A model generated the notes under the pieces. The model was not told the origin of the DNA, searched no databases, and was given only the letters and a program-made list of their open reading frames with translations. Below, piece by piece: positions 1-7,097 of a stretch of 19,544 bases of DNA; positions within the stretch are counted from its first letter, which is position 1, and the number at the start of each line of letters is the position of its first letter. Both the position numbers and the translations under genes were made by a program. Location of the stretch: assembly GCA_043718025.1 (NCBI GenBank), contig JAYSWN010000193.1, positions 1-19,544 of the forward strand, in the 5' to 3' direction. The DNA is from Pseudomonadota bacterium. Lineage in GTDB: Bacteria > Bdellovibrionota > FAC87 > UBA2466.

Positions 1-21
1 CGTGAACCTGGACTTCTTCAT
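1..21 (-). CDS. IS3-family transposase OrfA, first 7 codons only (MKKSRFT...), truncated by the window
   Basis: The reverse complement of 1-21 is ATG AAG AAG TCC AGG TTC ACG, with a strong SD 6 nt upstream. It matches the MKKSRFTEEQI-type starts known for IS3-family OrfA. Only 7 aa are visible. Confidence 0.6.
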
Positions 22-97
22 TTTCCACTCCCCTTACCGCAATTTTATGCGGGTTGTTAGGAAGCTTCAAATGCTCCGATTTTTGGGGCCAACGTCG
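1..97 (-). mobile_element. Left end of a probable IS3-family (IS407-like) insertion sequence; the element continues beyond the window's left edge
   Basis: The minus strand reads CGACGTTGGCCCCAAAAATCGGAGC (from 97), resembling an IS3-family left terminal repeat but starting CG instead of canonical TG. It is followed by SD AAGGGGAG (35-28) and ATG at 21 opening MKKSRFT, the typical N-terminus of IS3-family OrfA. The terminus position is approximate and the right end is not visible. Confidence 0.6.
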
Positions 98-205
98 CCT
101 GCTTAACGAGGCTCATAAACGCTTAGGGGAAATCACTCTGGTTCCAAAGCAAAATCAGTCAGTTGGCTTGTTGTTGTTGATGTTTCGGTTTTTGGGTCTT
201 TCGTT

Positions 206-228
206 TTCAATTCCCGCCGCCCGGACCA
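206..228 (+). other. Orphan tRNA 3'-end fragment (probable att site scar; tRNA-Pro-like)
   Basis: TTCAATT-CCCGC-CGCCCGG-A-CCA corresponds to T-loop, 3' T-stem, 3' acceptor strand, discriminator and CCA. The complementary 5' T-stem (GCGGG) and 5' acceptor strand (CCGGGCG) are absent upstream, so this is not a full tRNA. G72/A73 suggests Pro (inference). Confidence 0.7.
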
Positions 229-403
229 TTTTAACCCTCAGACTTGTGGTAGCCCCCTAGCTTTCGATTCAGGATTCGTTTCCCACTCGGCGGCACTTGC
301 CACTCTGAGTTCGAGCACCAGCACCCTATATTTCTTGTTTCGGCAAATGGCTCCGCTTTTGCAAACTCCGCCTGCGGGTGGAGAAAGCTACCGGGAGTAC
401 TCA

Positions 404-1411
404 ATGAAGCTGACGTTTTATGCCATCGCGATGACGGTTCTGGGCACGGCTTTGCTCTGTTCTTGTCAGAAAGACTCTAGCTCACCCAGCAAAGAGGTTC
501 TGCTTTCCACCAAAAGTTTCGATATTTCCGAGCAAGAACTCAAAGCAAACATCTTGACGCTCGTCTCTTTCGGAACCCGCAACACCTACTCCACCAAGAC
601 CTCCAAAACCCAAGGGATCGGCGCCGCGCAGGCCTGGCTGGAAGAGAAGTTTCGCGCCCTCTCCGACGGGGATCAGTTCCGTCCTTTTACTAATTGCTTC
701 ACCTCTTCGGGGAACAAGCTGTGTAACGTCGGCGGCATTCTTAAAGGATCGGTGACTCCGGAAAAATTTTTCGTAATCAGCGGGCATTATGACTCTATGC
801 CTTCCAGCTCTCGCGACGGAACGAGTGACGCGCCCGGAGCCGACGATGATGCCTCCGGAACTTCGGTCGTGCTCGAAGCGGCGCGCGTGCTCTCAAGGCA
901 AAAGGTGGCGATCTCGGTAATATTTCTGGCCACGGTGGGTGAAGAGCAAGGGCTTCTAGGTTCCCGGCATTTTGCCCAGCAAATGAAAAAACAGGGTGTG
1001 AACATCGTCGGAATGATTACCAACGATATCGTCGGGAGCAGTAACGGAACCGACGGGAGCGCACCCAACCGCCTGCGATGCTATTCCGACTGGAACGGAA
1101 AATATACTTCAGGGTCGAAAATTTTGGCCAGGAAAGTGAGTTCCGCCGTCGCCGAGGGCACCAAAAATCAGTTCACGCTTGAACTTCGCGACTCCATCGA
1201 CCGGCCAGGGCGAAGCGGTGACCATGTTGCTTTCCTTGAGCAAGGGTTTCCCGCGATCCGCTTCATTGAGCCCTACGAGGACTTGAATCATCAGCACCAA
1301 AACGTTCGCACCGAGAACGGAACCCCTAAAGGGGACCTCCCCGAATATTTGGAGTACGACTACATGGCGCGGGTCGTGCTGGCTAACGTTCTGGCTGTTC
1401 TGTCTATTTGA
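404..1411 (+). CDS. M28 family zinc metallopeptidase/aminopeptidase, probable lipoprotein
   Basis: Motifs SGHYDS, GADDDASG, GEEQGLLGS, NDIVG, RSGDH and a C-terminal HQH. The start is placed at ATG 404 (GGGAG upstream), giving signal peptide MKLTFYAIAMTVLGTALLCSC with a lipobox-like Cys. The ORF track start of 335 is probably too long. Confidence 0.9.
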   Translation: MKLTFYAIAMTVLGTALLCSCQKDSSSPSKEVLLSTKSFDISEQELKANILTLVSFGTRNTYSTKTSKTQGIGAAQAWLEEKFRALSDGDQFRPFTNCFTSSGNKLCNVGGILKGSVTPEKFFVISGHYDSMPSSSRDGTSDAPGADDDASGTSVVLEAARVLSRQKVAISVIFLATVGEEQGLLGSRHFAQQMKKQGVNIVGMITNDIVGSSNGTDGSAPNRLRCYSDWNGKYTSGSKILARKVSSAVAEGTKNQFTLELRDSIDRPGRSGDHVAFLEQGFPAIRFIEPYEDLNHQHQNVRTENGTPKGDLPEYLEYDYMARVVLANVLAVLSI

Positions 1412-1428
1412 GACCGATCCCTGCGTTC

Positions 1429-1466
1429 GGGCGGGGGGAAAGCAATCTACGCCATCCCGCCTTTTT
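1429..1466 (+). terminator. Possible weak intrinsic terminator after the M28 peptidase gene
   Basis: GGCGGG ... CCCGCC inverted repeat followed by TTTTT. The loop is long (about 20 nt), so support is weak. Confidence 0.3.
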
Positions 1467-1524
1467 CTCTTTACCTCTTTACTCACAGCAACTCGAAAAC
1501 GACCCGCTTCCTTTTGTTATCAAT

Positions 1525-2574
1525 TCAGGGCATTCCAGCGTCGGCTGTTCCTATTTTTTCCGTAGTCCAAAAGCCGATTCGATGTAGTTCGATCAGAGGC
1601 TCGAAGAGTTCCGCCTCGAGGAGCGATCTTCCCTGCACTAATTCCCATGGTGCCTGTTTACGGGGTTCAAGCTGCCGGGGTATCTCCTTAGGAATGGCGG
1701 AGAAGAGATAGTCCACGTACAACGGGCCTGCTCCTTGGTCGCGATGACGAACGGTCATGAGAAACCTAAGATCTTCGATTTCCACGCCCGCCTCTTCCCG
1801 CACTTCTCGTCTCGCGCACTGTTCGATGGTCTCTTCTTCCTCCAATTTTCCGCCAACGCCCGTATACTTCCCCTGCCCCGGAGCCTTGAGTCGTCTCGCC
1901 ATCCATAGCCCTTTTTCCCGCCCCCTTAACAAAACTCCAACCGCATAGTGATCCCCCTCCTGCGGGAGTCGGGGAAGAGTCTGCAACGTCTTTTGAAACA
2001 CTTGAGTTTGTACTGACGTGCGAAAGGCCTCCTCTTTGGATGGAGAGAAGTGACCCTGCAGTCTTTGGTATTCCGGCCAGTGTGGGAAAATATGCTCCAA
2101 GGGGAGAGTAAACCAGTTGAAGTTCTCATCTCGCTCCACTTCCGACGTGAATACCGGAAGGCCTATTCCATGTGCGTAGCCCATTTCCATGGAGGTAGCC
2201 CGACCTACATAGCCTTCTGGATTGCAAACCGCGACGAAGGAGCACTGTTCTTTAATTTTTGAAAGAACCTCCTGCTGAAGCTCGCCGTTAGATCGGTTGG
2301 GTGCATCTGCCACCAACCGCACAAAAGTGGCCTCGGGCTCCACTACTTCGGCCCCCGCCGGGGAAAGAATTTCGACTCCCTGAAGTTCGAGGAAATCCTT
2401 CATCCTCAATAGTTGAGAAAAACGTTCTCCGCGAAAGGAGCCAATGACCACACTTCTTGGCCGAACCATTCCTTCCAAAATCTGCCCACAGGTAAGTTGG
2501 CTGGCTGAGGACGTGGCGCCAAACATCGCCAAGAAGGGGAGGACGGCACATCGGGTCGGATTTCGATACTGCAT
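1525..2574 (-). CDS. Fusion of an N-terminal nucleoside 2-deoxyribosyltransferase/N-glycosidase-like domain and a C-terminal Nudix hydrolase; possible signal peptide
   Basis: There is a perfect Nudix box GKLEEEETIEQCARREVREEAGV (GX5EX7REUXEEXGU). The N-terminal domain has VVIGSF...VEILSP...NPEGYVGRATSMEMGYA...LPVF, the T-x-x-E-x-G-Y-A catalytic pattern of NDT/DNPH1-like folds. The start is uncertain (ATG 2574 versus GTG 2610). Confidence 0.8.
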   Translation of the reverse strand: MQYRNPTRCAVLPFLAMFGATSSASQLTCGQILEGMVRPRSVVIGSFRGERFSQLLRMKDFLELQGVEILSPAGAEVVEPEATFVRLVADAPNRSNGELQQEVLSKIKEQCSFVAVCNPEGYVGRATSMEMGYAHGIGLPVFTSEVERDENFNWFTLPLEHIFPHWPEYQRLQGHFSPSKEEAFRTSVQTQVFQKTLQTLPRLPQEGDHYAVGVLLRGREKGLWMARRLKAPGQGKYTGVGGKLEEEETIEQCARREVREEAGVEIEDLRFLMTVRHRDQGAGPLYVDYLFSAIPKEIPRQLEPRKQAPWELVQGRSLLEAELFEPLIELHRIGFWTTEKIGTADAGMP

Positions 2575-2668
2575 GAAGCCAGTCGTACGGTTTCGGACGG
2601 GGCGAAACACAAAAAATGGCCGACCTATTTGGGCCTTTGGAAAAAAACCAATCGACTGGAGTGGTTAG

Positions 2669-3397
2669 ATGTCGTCAAAAAGGGACATAGGTTACAATTC
2701 TACCGACCTTATGATTGAACTCCGCGCTCTTATGCAGTCCCCAATTTTCAAAGGGCTAACTCCAGAAACCGTAGAACGAATTGAGAAGAGGCTAAGGCGG
2801 AAGATCGTGGCACGAGGGGAACTTATCGTTCGCCAGGGGCAAAAGTCGACGGCGGCTTACGTGCTACTCGAAGGAAAGATAGAAGCTTACTACACTTCGA
2901 ACGATGGCCGCACCGTGTCCATTATTCTGCACCAGGCTCCCTTCTTTTTTGGGGCCTTTGAATTGATGGAACAGGTACCCTACCTTGCCAACGTGAAGGC
3001 AATGGAACGTTGTAAGCTCGCCATTCTTAAACGCGAGCTTTACCTGGACCTATTGCATTCCCACCACCAAATAGCGGTAAATATGGTGACGATGCTTTCC
3101 AAGTTGATGTGTGTCACCGGCCAAGATCGGCGCGTAAAGTTTTTTGGTCAGGTCAAACACCTACTTGCCAACACGCTGTGCGCTTTAGCGGAGCTCTACG
3201 GGGAAAAGCACGAACACGGAGTACGCCTTTCCCAAAAGCTAAAACAGGAAGATCTTGCCGAGATGTTGGGTGCCTCAAGAAAAAGTACCCTACGCGCCTT
3301 AAAAGATCTAAAGGCGGCCAACCTCATTGACCGAGAGCGCGGTTATTTTATTTTGCGGAATATTAAATCGCTCCGCCAATTGGCTCGCTCATTTTAA
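2669..3397 (+). CDS. Crp/Fnr family transcriptional regulator
   Basis: N-terminal cNMP-binding barrel (RGELIVRQGQ..AYVLLEG..FFGAFEL) and C-terminal HTH (LKQEDLAEMLGASRKSTLRALKDL). GGAG lies 7 nt upstream of ATG 2669; an alternative start is 2711. Confidence 0.93.
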   Translation: MSSKRDIGYNSTDLMIELRALMQSPIFKGLTPETVERIEKRLRRKIVARGELIVRQGQKSTAAYVLLEGKIEAYYTSNDGRTVSIILHQAPFFFGAFELMEQVPYLANVKAMERCKLAILKRELYLDLLHSHHQIAVNMVTMLSKLMCVTGQDRRVKFFGQVKHLLANTLCALAELYGEKHEHGVRLSQKLKQEDLAEMLGASRKSTLRALKDLKAANLIDRERGYFILRNIKSLRQLARSF

Positions 3398-3604
3398 AAA
3401 GATAGGTGATTCTTAGGATTATCGGAACGACGCGGCAGAGAGGGACTGATTCGGTAAACTGCGAAGTGCCGAAAACACTCCGCGCGCATATACGCATTTA
3501 CCTGCACTGAAAGGCAAGTCTTAGCCAAGCAATTTCCGATCGCGTGAGACGACAGGCGCCGGGGTGAAATAATAACGGCCTCTCGATTGGGTAGCGAAAA
3601 ATCT

Positions 3605-4660
3605 CTAGCCAATTGCCGAGTGGTTGCTCAATATTTGCCCGACGGCACGAACGTCATCGTTTGTTGTTCCATGCTTAGCCAAAAGTTTTTCAAACTCACG
3701 ATAAGCTTGGTCCCATTTCTCTTGATGAATGTAGCCCATGATTCGTGACGCTTCGACCATTGGCCATTCTGTCACCCCCAATGGTTGGCAGGAGTATTCA
3801 AAGGCGGCCTCGTACTCATCTTCAGAAAACGATTCAAATGAGTAATTCCTATTTAATGCTTCGCTAGTGAAGGGCGCAACCAACTCAAAAATAACGGAGC
3901 CAGTCCCCTTCACAATGTGTTTGAGCCGAAAGTTTCCGCGAAACCGAAACATCAGTAGATGGATCCAAGGGGTATAAAAATGGTTAAAGTCTTGATGATG
4001 TATCAAAGAAAGATTAGGCACCAACTTTGGGAAAAAAATTTTTACAACAACGTTGGCCAAATTCCACGACTTCATTACGTCGATAAAAAGGTATTCAATA
4101 TCCATTGGGAAGCGGGAAACGAAATTGAGATCGGCAGGGTAGACTTCAATCAGGGCTTTGCGTTGTTTAATGGTTCTTTTGAATAAGCGAAGAAATGAAT
4201 CACCCTCTTTTATTCGTTTCGCCAGCTTTGAGCCCTCGAAGGTGTCAGCCATCCAAGACTCCCACACGAAATCATCAAAAGCATGAATGCGCTTTTTCTT
4301 TTTAGACACGCGCTGGTTCTTTACCAGGCCATTAGCTAACCCTAAGGTCGAACCTCCCAACCAACATCCGAGGTCTACCATTTCTCCTTTTCCCAAATAA
4401 GAATGCTCAGCGAAGCTCTGCAGACTATCGAGTTCGGCCGCCAATAACATGGTCGAAGGCGGGTAAAGGTTGTCTTTTGCTCTGGTAATAATTGAGCGCG
4501 AAAAACGGCGGACACTACGGGGGAAAAAATTTCTGAACAACACTATGCGGCCACACAGTAGCCTTGGGGGCTTGCCACTAATTCCAGAAATGACCCGGCT
4601 TGCTTGCTTGTCGTTAACATAATGGTACCGATTCTCCCGGCGATTACCGCCTATCCTCAT
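3605..4660 (-). CDS. Class I SAM-dependent methyltransferase (TylF/Methyltransf_24-like), probably glycan-modifying
   Basis: SAM-binding motif I VDLGCWLGGST, plus IHAFDDF, YLFIDVMKS and HHQDF. ATG 4660 overlaps the GT2 stop (ATGA), but the first 40-70 aa look non-conserved, so the real start may be downstream. Confidence 0.75.
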   Translation of the reverse strand: MRIGGNRRENRYHYVNDKQASRVISGISGKPPRLLCGRIVLFRNFFPRSVRRFSRSIITRAKDNLYPPSTMLLAAELDSLQSFAEHSYLGKGEMVDLGCWLGGSTLGLANGLVKNQRVSKKKKRIHAFDDFVWESWMADTFEGSKLAKRIKEGDSFLRLFKRTIKQRKALIEVYPADLNFVSRFPMDIEYLFIDVMKSWNLANVVVKIFFPKLVPNLSLIHHQDFNHFYTPWIHLLMFRFRGNFRLKHIVKGTGSVIFELVAPFTSEALNRNYSFESFSEDEYEAAFEYSCQPLGVTEWPMVEASRIMGYIHQEKWDQAYREFEKLLAKHGTTNDDVRAVGQILSNHSAIG

Positions 4661-5424
4661 TTTTCTACGGTATGAAAGTCAGTAAGCTGTCGGGGGAAGC
4701 TAGGCACATGCCCGAAGTAAAGGCCAAGCAACCGCAGCAGGTGGGTAGTACCGTACCTGAGCAGGTTGACGTTGCTGCGATCGGCCTTACCCCAGGTAAT
4801 AGGAAAGTCCACGAGGCGAATGCGTTTATGGCGGGCGGCCAACAGCACCAGCAGAGGCTGATAACTCATGTCAGGAGGGAGCTTCCAGTAGGGGAGACTC
4901 TGAATCGTTTTTAAATTGAATGCAATGTAGGCGCCGATATCACCCAGTTTTTGGCCCACAACTATATTTTGAATCGTCTCAAAAAACCGATTTCCCAGCC
5001 AACGAATCAAAGAGTAATTTCTGGCAAGCGATCTGTCGGCCAGCCGATTTCCCAAAACAAAGTCCACCGACGGATCCGCCCGATCCAAAAAATCATCCAG
5101 CGCGCGGGGGTCGGCCTGCCCGTCACTATGAAGACAAACCAGAAAATCGCCGCCGGCGGAAATCGCCTCTCGTAGCGCGATGATTGTGGAGCCGCCCAGG
5201 CTATAATTTGTTGCGTTGAATAATAATCGAAAACGGAAGTCGGCGCGTTTTTCCAACCATTCCCTTAGCACTTCGCGAGTCCCGTCGGCACTGCCGTTAT
5301 CTATAATTAAAATCTGGTGAAAGCGCTTCAGCGTCGCGGGGGGAATGGCCTCTAGCACCGCTAAGACCCGATCGGCGACATTATAGGTTGGCACAAAGAG
5401 GAAATACCGGGGCGGGTGGCTCAT
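4657..5424 (-). CDS. Glycosyltransferase family 2 (polyprenol-phosphate glycosyltransferase/DPM1-like)
   Basis: FVPTYNV, IIDNGSADGT, NYSLGG, CLHSDGQ (DxD-equivalent), DFVLGNR and R..GN motifs. Confidence 0.9.
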   Translation of the reverse strand: MSHPPRYFLFVPTYNVADRVLAVLEAIPPATLKRFHQILIIDNGSADGTREVLREWLEKRADFRFRLLFNATNYSLGGSTIIALREAISAGGDFLVCLHSDGQADPRALDDFLDRADPSVDFVLGNRLADRSLARNYSLIRWLGNRFFETIQNIVVGQKLGDIGAYIAFNLKTIQSLPYWKLPPDMSYQPLLVLLAARHKRIRLVDFPITWGKADRSNVNLLRYGTTHLLRLLGLYFGHVPSFPRQLTDFHTVEK

Positions 5425-5465
5425 CGCTAGATTCTGCCCAACTTGTGATAAACTTCAAACGCAAA

Positions 5466-7097
5466 ATGCAAATGGAATCGCCTTCAAAAACGAGTACCAT
5501 ATGCATTCTGGCCGCCGGCTCTGGCACCCGCATGGGACGCTATGGGAGCATGACCCACAAAGCGCTCCTCCCCATTGCGGAATCAGCAGCAATTTCTCAC
5601 CTTATAGAAAAATTTCTTGCTCTCATCGGCCCCAAGGCTCGCTTTGTGATCGCCGTCGGTTTTCATGCCACTGACGTGATCGATTACGTTGAACTGGCGC
5701 ATCCCGACATTTTAGTGGAATTCATGCGCGTTGACGATTTTGACGCTCCGGGCGCAGGACCCGGTGCCTCTGTCCTGGCGTGTAAAAAGTTGCTCCGTAC
5801 TCCCTTCTACCTGACGTGCTGCGATGCGCTCTGGACCGAGATCCATATCACGCCTTTTTTATGGAACCGGGATTGGCTTGCGGTGGCGCGGGTAGAAACT
5901 AAAGTTACGGTGGACTACTGCAATGTGCGGATCGCCGGCTCGGAAGTGCTGAGCTTTTACGATAAAGAAAAAGTGGCGGGGAATGAGTTCCGAACTTTTA
6001 CCGGTCTGGCTCACATCGCCCACCCCGCAAGTTTTTTTCATTCGCTCAAAGGCGCTCAACTTCACTCTGCCTCCCTTGAATTGGCCTCCGGCTTTTCGGG
6101 ACTGCTCTCCCCCCACGGCGCCGGATTATTTATCTGTGAGATGACGGGCTGGCAGGACATTGGCACCCTGGAGCGCTATGAAGAGGTAAGGCGGCTATAT
6201 GGCGGCGCTGGTTTTTTAAAGTTCGGAGAGCTTTTCTACCGGGTGAATGATCAGGTTATCAAGTTCTTTGCCGATCCCAGCGTGGTCTCCATGCGGGTAG
6301 CACGCGCCGAAATTCTGGATCCGCTGACTCCGGCGGTACTGCAAGCCCGCCGCCATTTTTTTTCCTATCGCTATCTTCCGGGGCAGACACTTTACGAGGC
6401 CATAAGCCCGGGGCGTCTGGAGAATTTTCTTCATTGGCTGGAGAAAAACTTATGGCATCCGGTAGAGGTTTGCGCTCAGGAAAAACAACAGCGGGGACTG
6501 GAGTTTTATAGAGATAAAACCCTGGGGCGAATGGATTCTTACTTTGAGGACAAAAAGTGCCTCGTTGACGCGCCAATAAAAATACAAATTAAAACGCTTT
6601 TAGCAAAAGTACCCTGGGAACGGCTTTCTCAGGTACGGCCTGTCCTTTTTCATGGGGATCTACAGCTGGATAATATAATTCATCATCCACCGACAGGACA
6701 GTATTCCCTGATCGACTGGCGACAAGACTTCGCCGGTTCCCTTACCTGGGGGGATCTCTACTATGACTGCGCCAAGTTACTATGCAGTATCGAAATCGAT
6801 TTCAGAAGAATTCAACGGGCCGACGGCAGTATCTTTGGGACCGCGTGCCCCATTCCAAACGCAGAAATTTTACGGAACGTGCTAAAGAATTTTTTTTTGA
6901 AAAAGCGGCTCGAGCCCGCCCGAATCGATCTTCTAATGGCGCTTATTTGTCTAAATATGGCGGGTATTCAAACAGCCCCCAGCAATAGAATTCTTTTCGA
7001 AGAGGGGTATCTCAGGCTGCAACGGTGCTTGGAAGCCTCTGCACGGCCCGGAATAAAAAGGGGGCTTTCGGGCGACAATATGGAATCGGTCGAATGA
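5466..7097 (+). CDS. Bifunctional nucleotidyltransferase (NTP_transferase/LicC-like) and APH/choline-kinase-like phosphotransferase
   Basis: The N-terminal part has ILAAGSGTRM..KALLPI, CCDAL and WQDIGT. The C-terminal part has the Brenner motif FHGDLQLDNII, LIDWRQ and GDLYYDCAKL. The start is placed at ATG 5466 (or 5472) because 5388 overlaps the divergent GT2. Confidence 0.85.
   Translation: MQMESPSKTSTICILAAGSGTRMGRYGSMTHKALLPIAESAAISHLIEKFLALIGPKARFVIAVGFHATDVIDYVELAHPDILVEFMRVDDFDAPGAGPGASVLACKKLLRTPFYLTCCDALWTEIHITPFLWNRDWLAVARVETKVTVDYCNVRIAGSEVLSFYDKEKVAGNEFRTFTGLAHIAHPASFFHSLKGAQLHSASLELASGFSGLLSPHGAGLFICEMTGWQDIGTLERYEEVRRLYGGAGFLKFGELFYRVNDQVIKFFADPSVVSMRVARAEILDPLTPAVLQARRHFFSYRYLPGQTLYEAISPGRLENFLHWLEKNLWHPVEVCAQEKQQRGLEFYRDKTLGRMDSYFEDKKCLVDAPIKIQIKTLLAKVPWERLSQVRPVLFHGDLQLDNIIHHPPTGQYSLIDWRQDFAGSLTWGDLYYDCAKLLCSIEIDFRRIQRADGSIFGTACPIPNAEILRNVLKNFFLKKRLEPARIDLLMALICLNMAGIQTAPSNRILFEEGYLRLQRCLEASARPGIKRGLSGDNMESVE

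Noticed and set aside
168..179. (TTG)4 microsatellite
   Set aside because: It is too short and non-coding, and is expected by chance.
150..228. Complete tRNA or tmRNA gene
   Set aside because: No 5' acceptor strand, D-arm or 5' T-stem is present, and the 3' end lacks the tmRNA/Ala-type ...CTCCACCA.
54..260. 68-aa plus-strand ORF, possibly an integrase C-terminal remnant
   Set aside because: It spans the IS end and the tRNA fragment, has no SD and shows no recognisable catalytic motif, so a product cannot be supported.
3394..3612. 72-aa minus-strand ORF overlapping the methyltransferase stop
   Set aside because: It has no recognisable motif or SD and likely represents intergenic sequence; it is not fully excluded.
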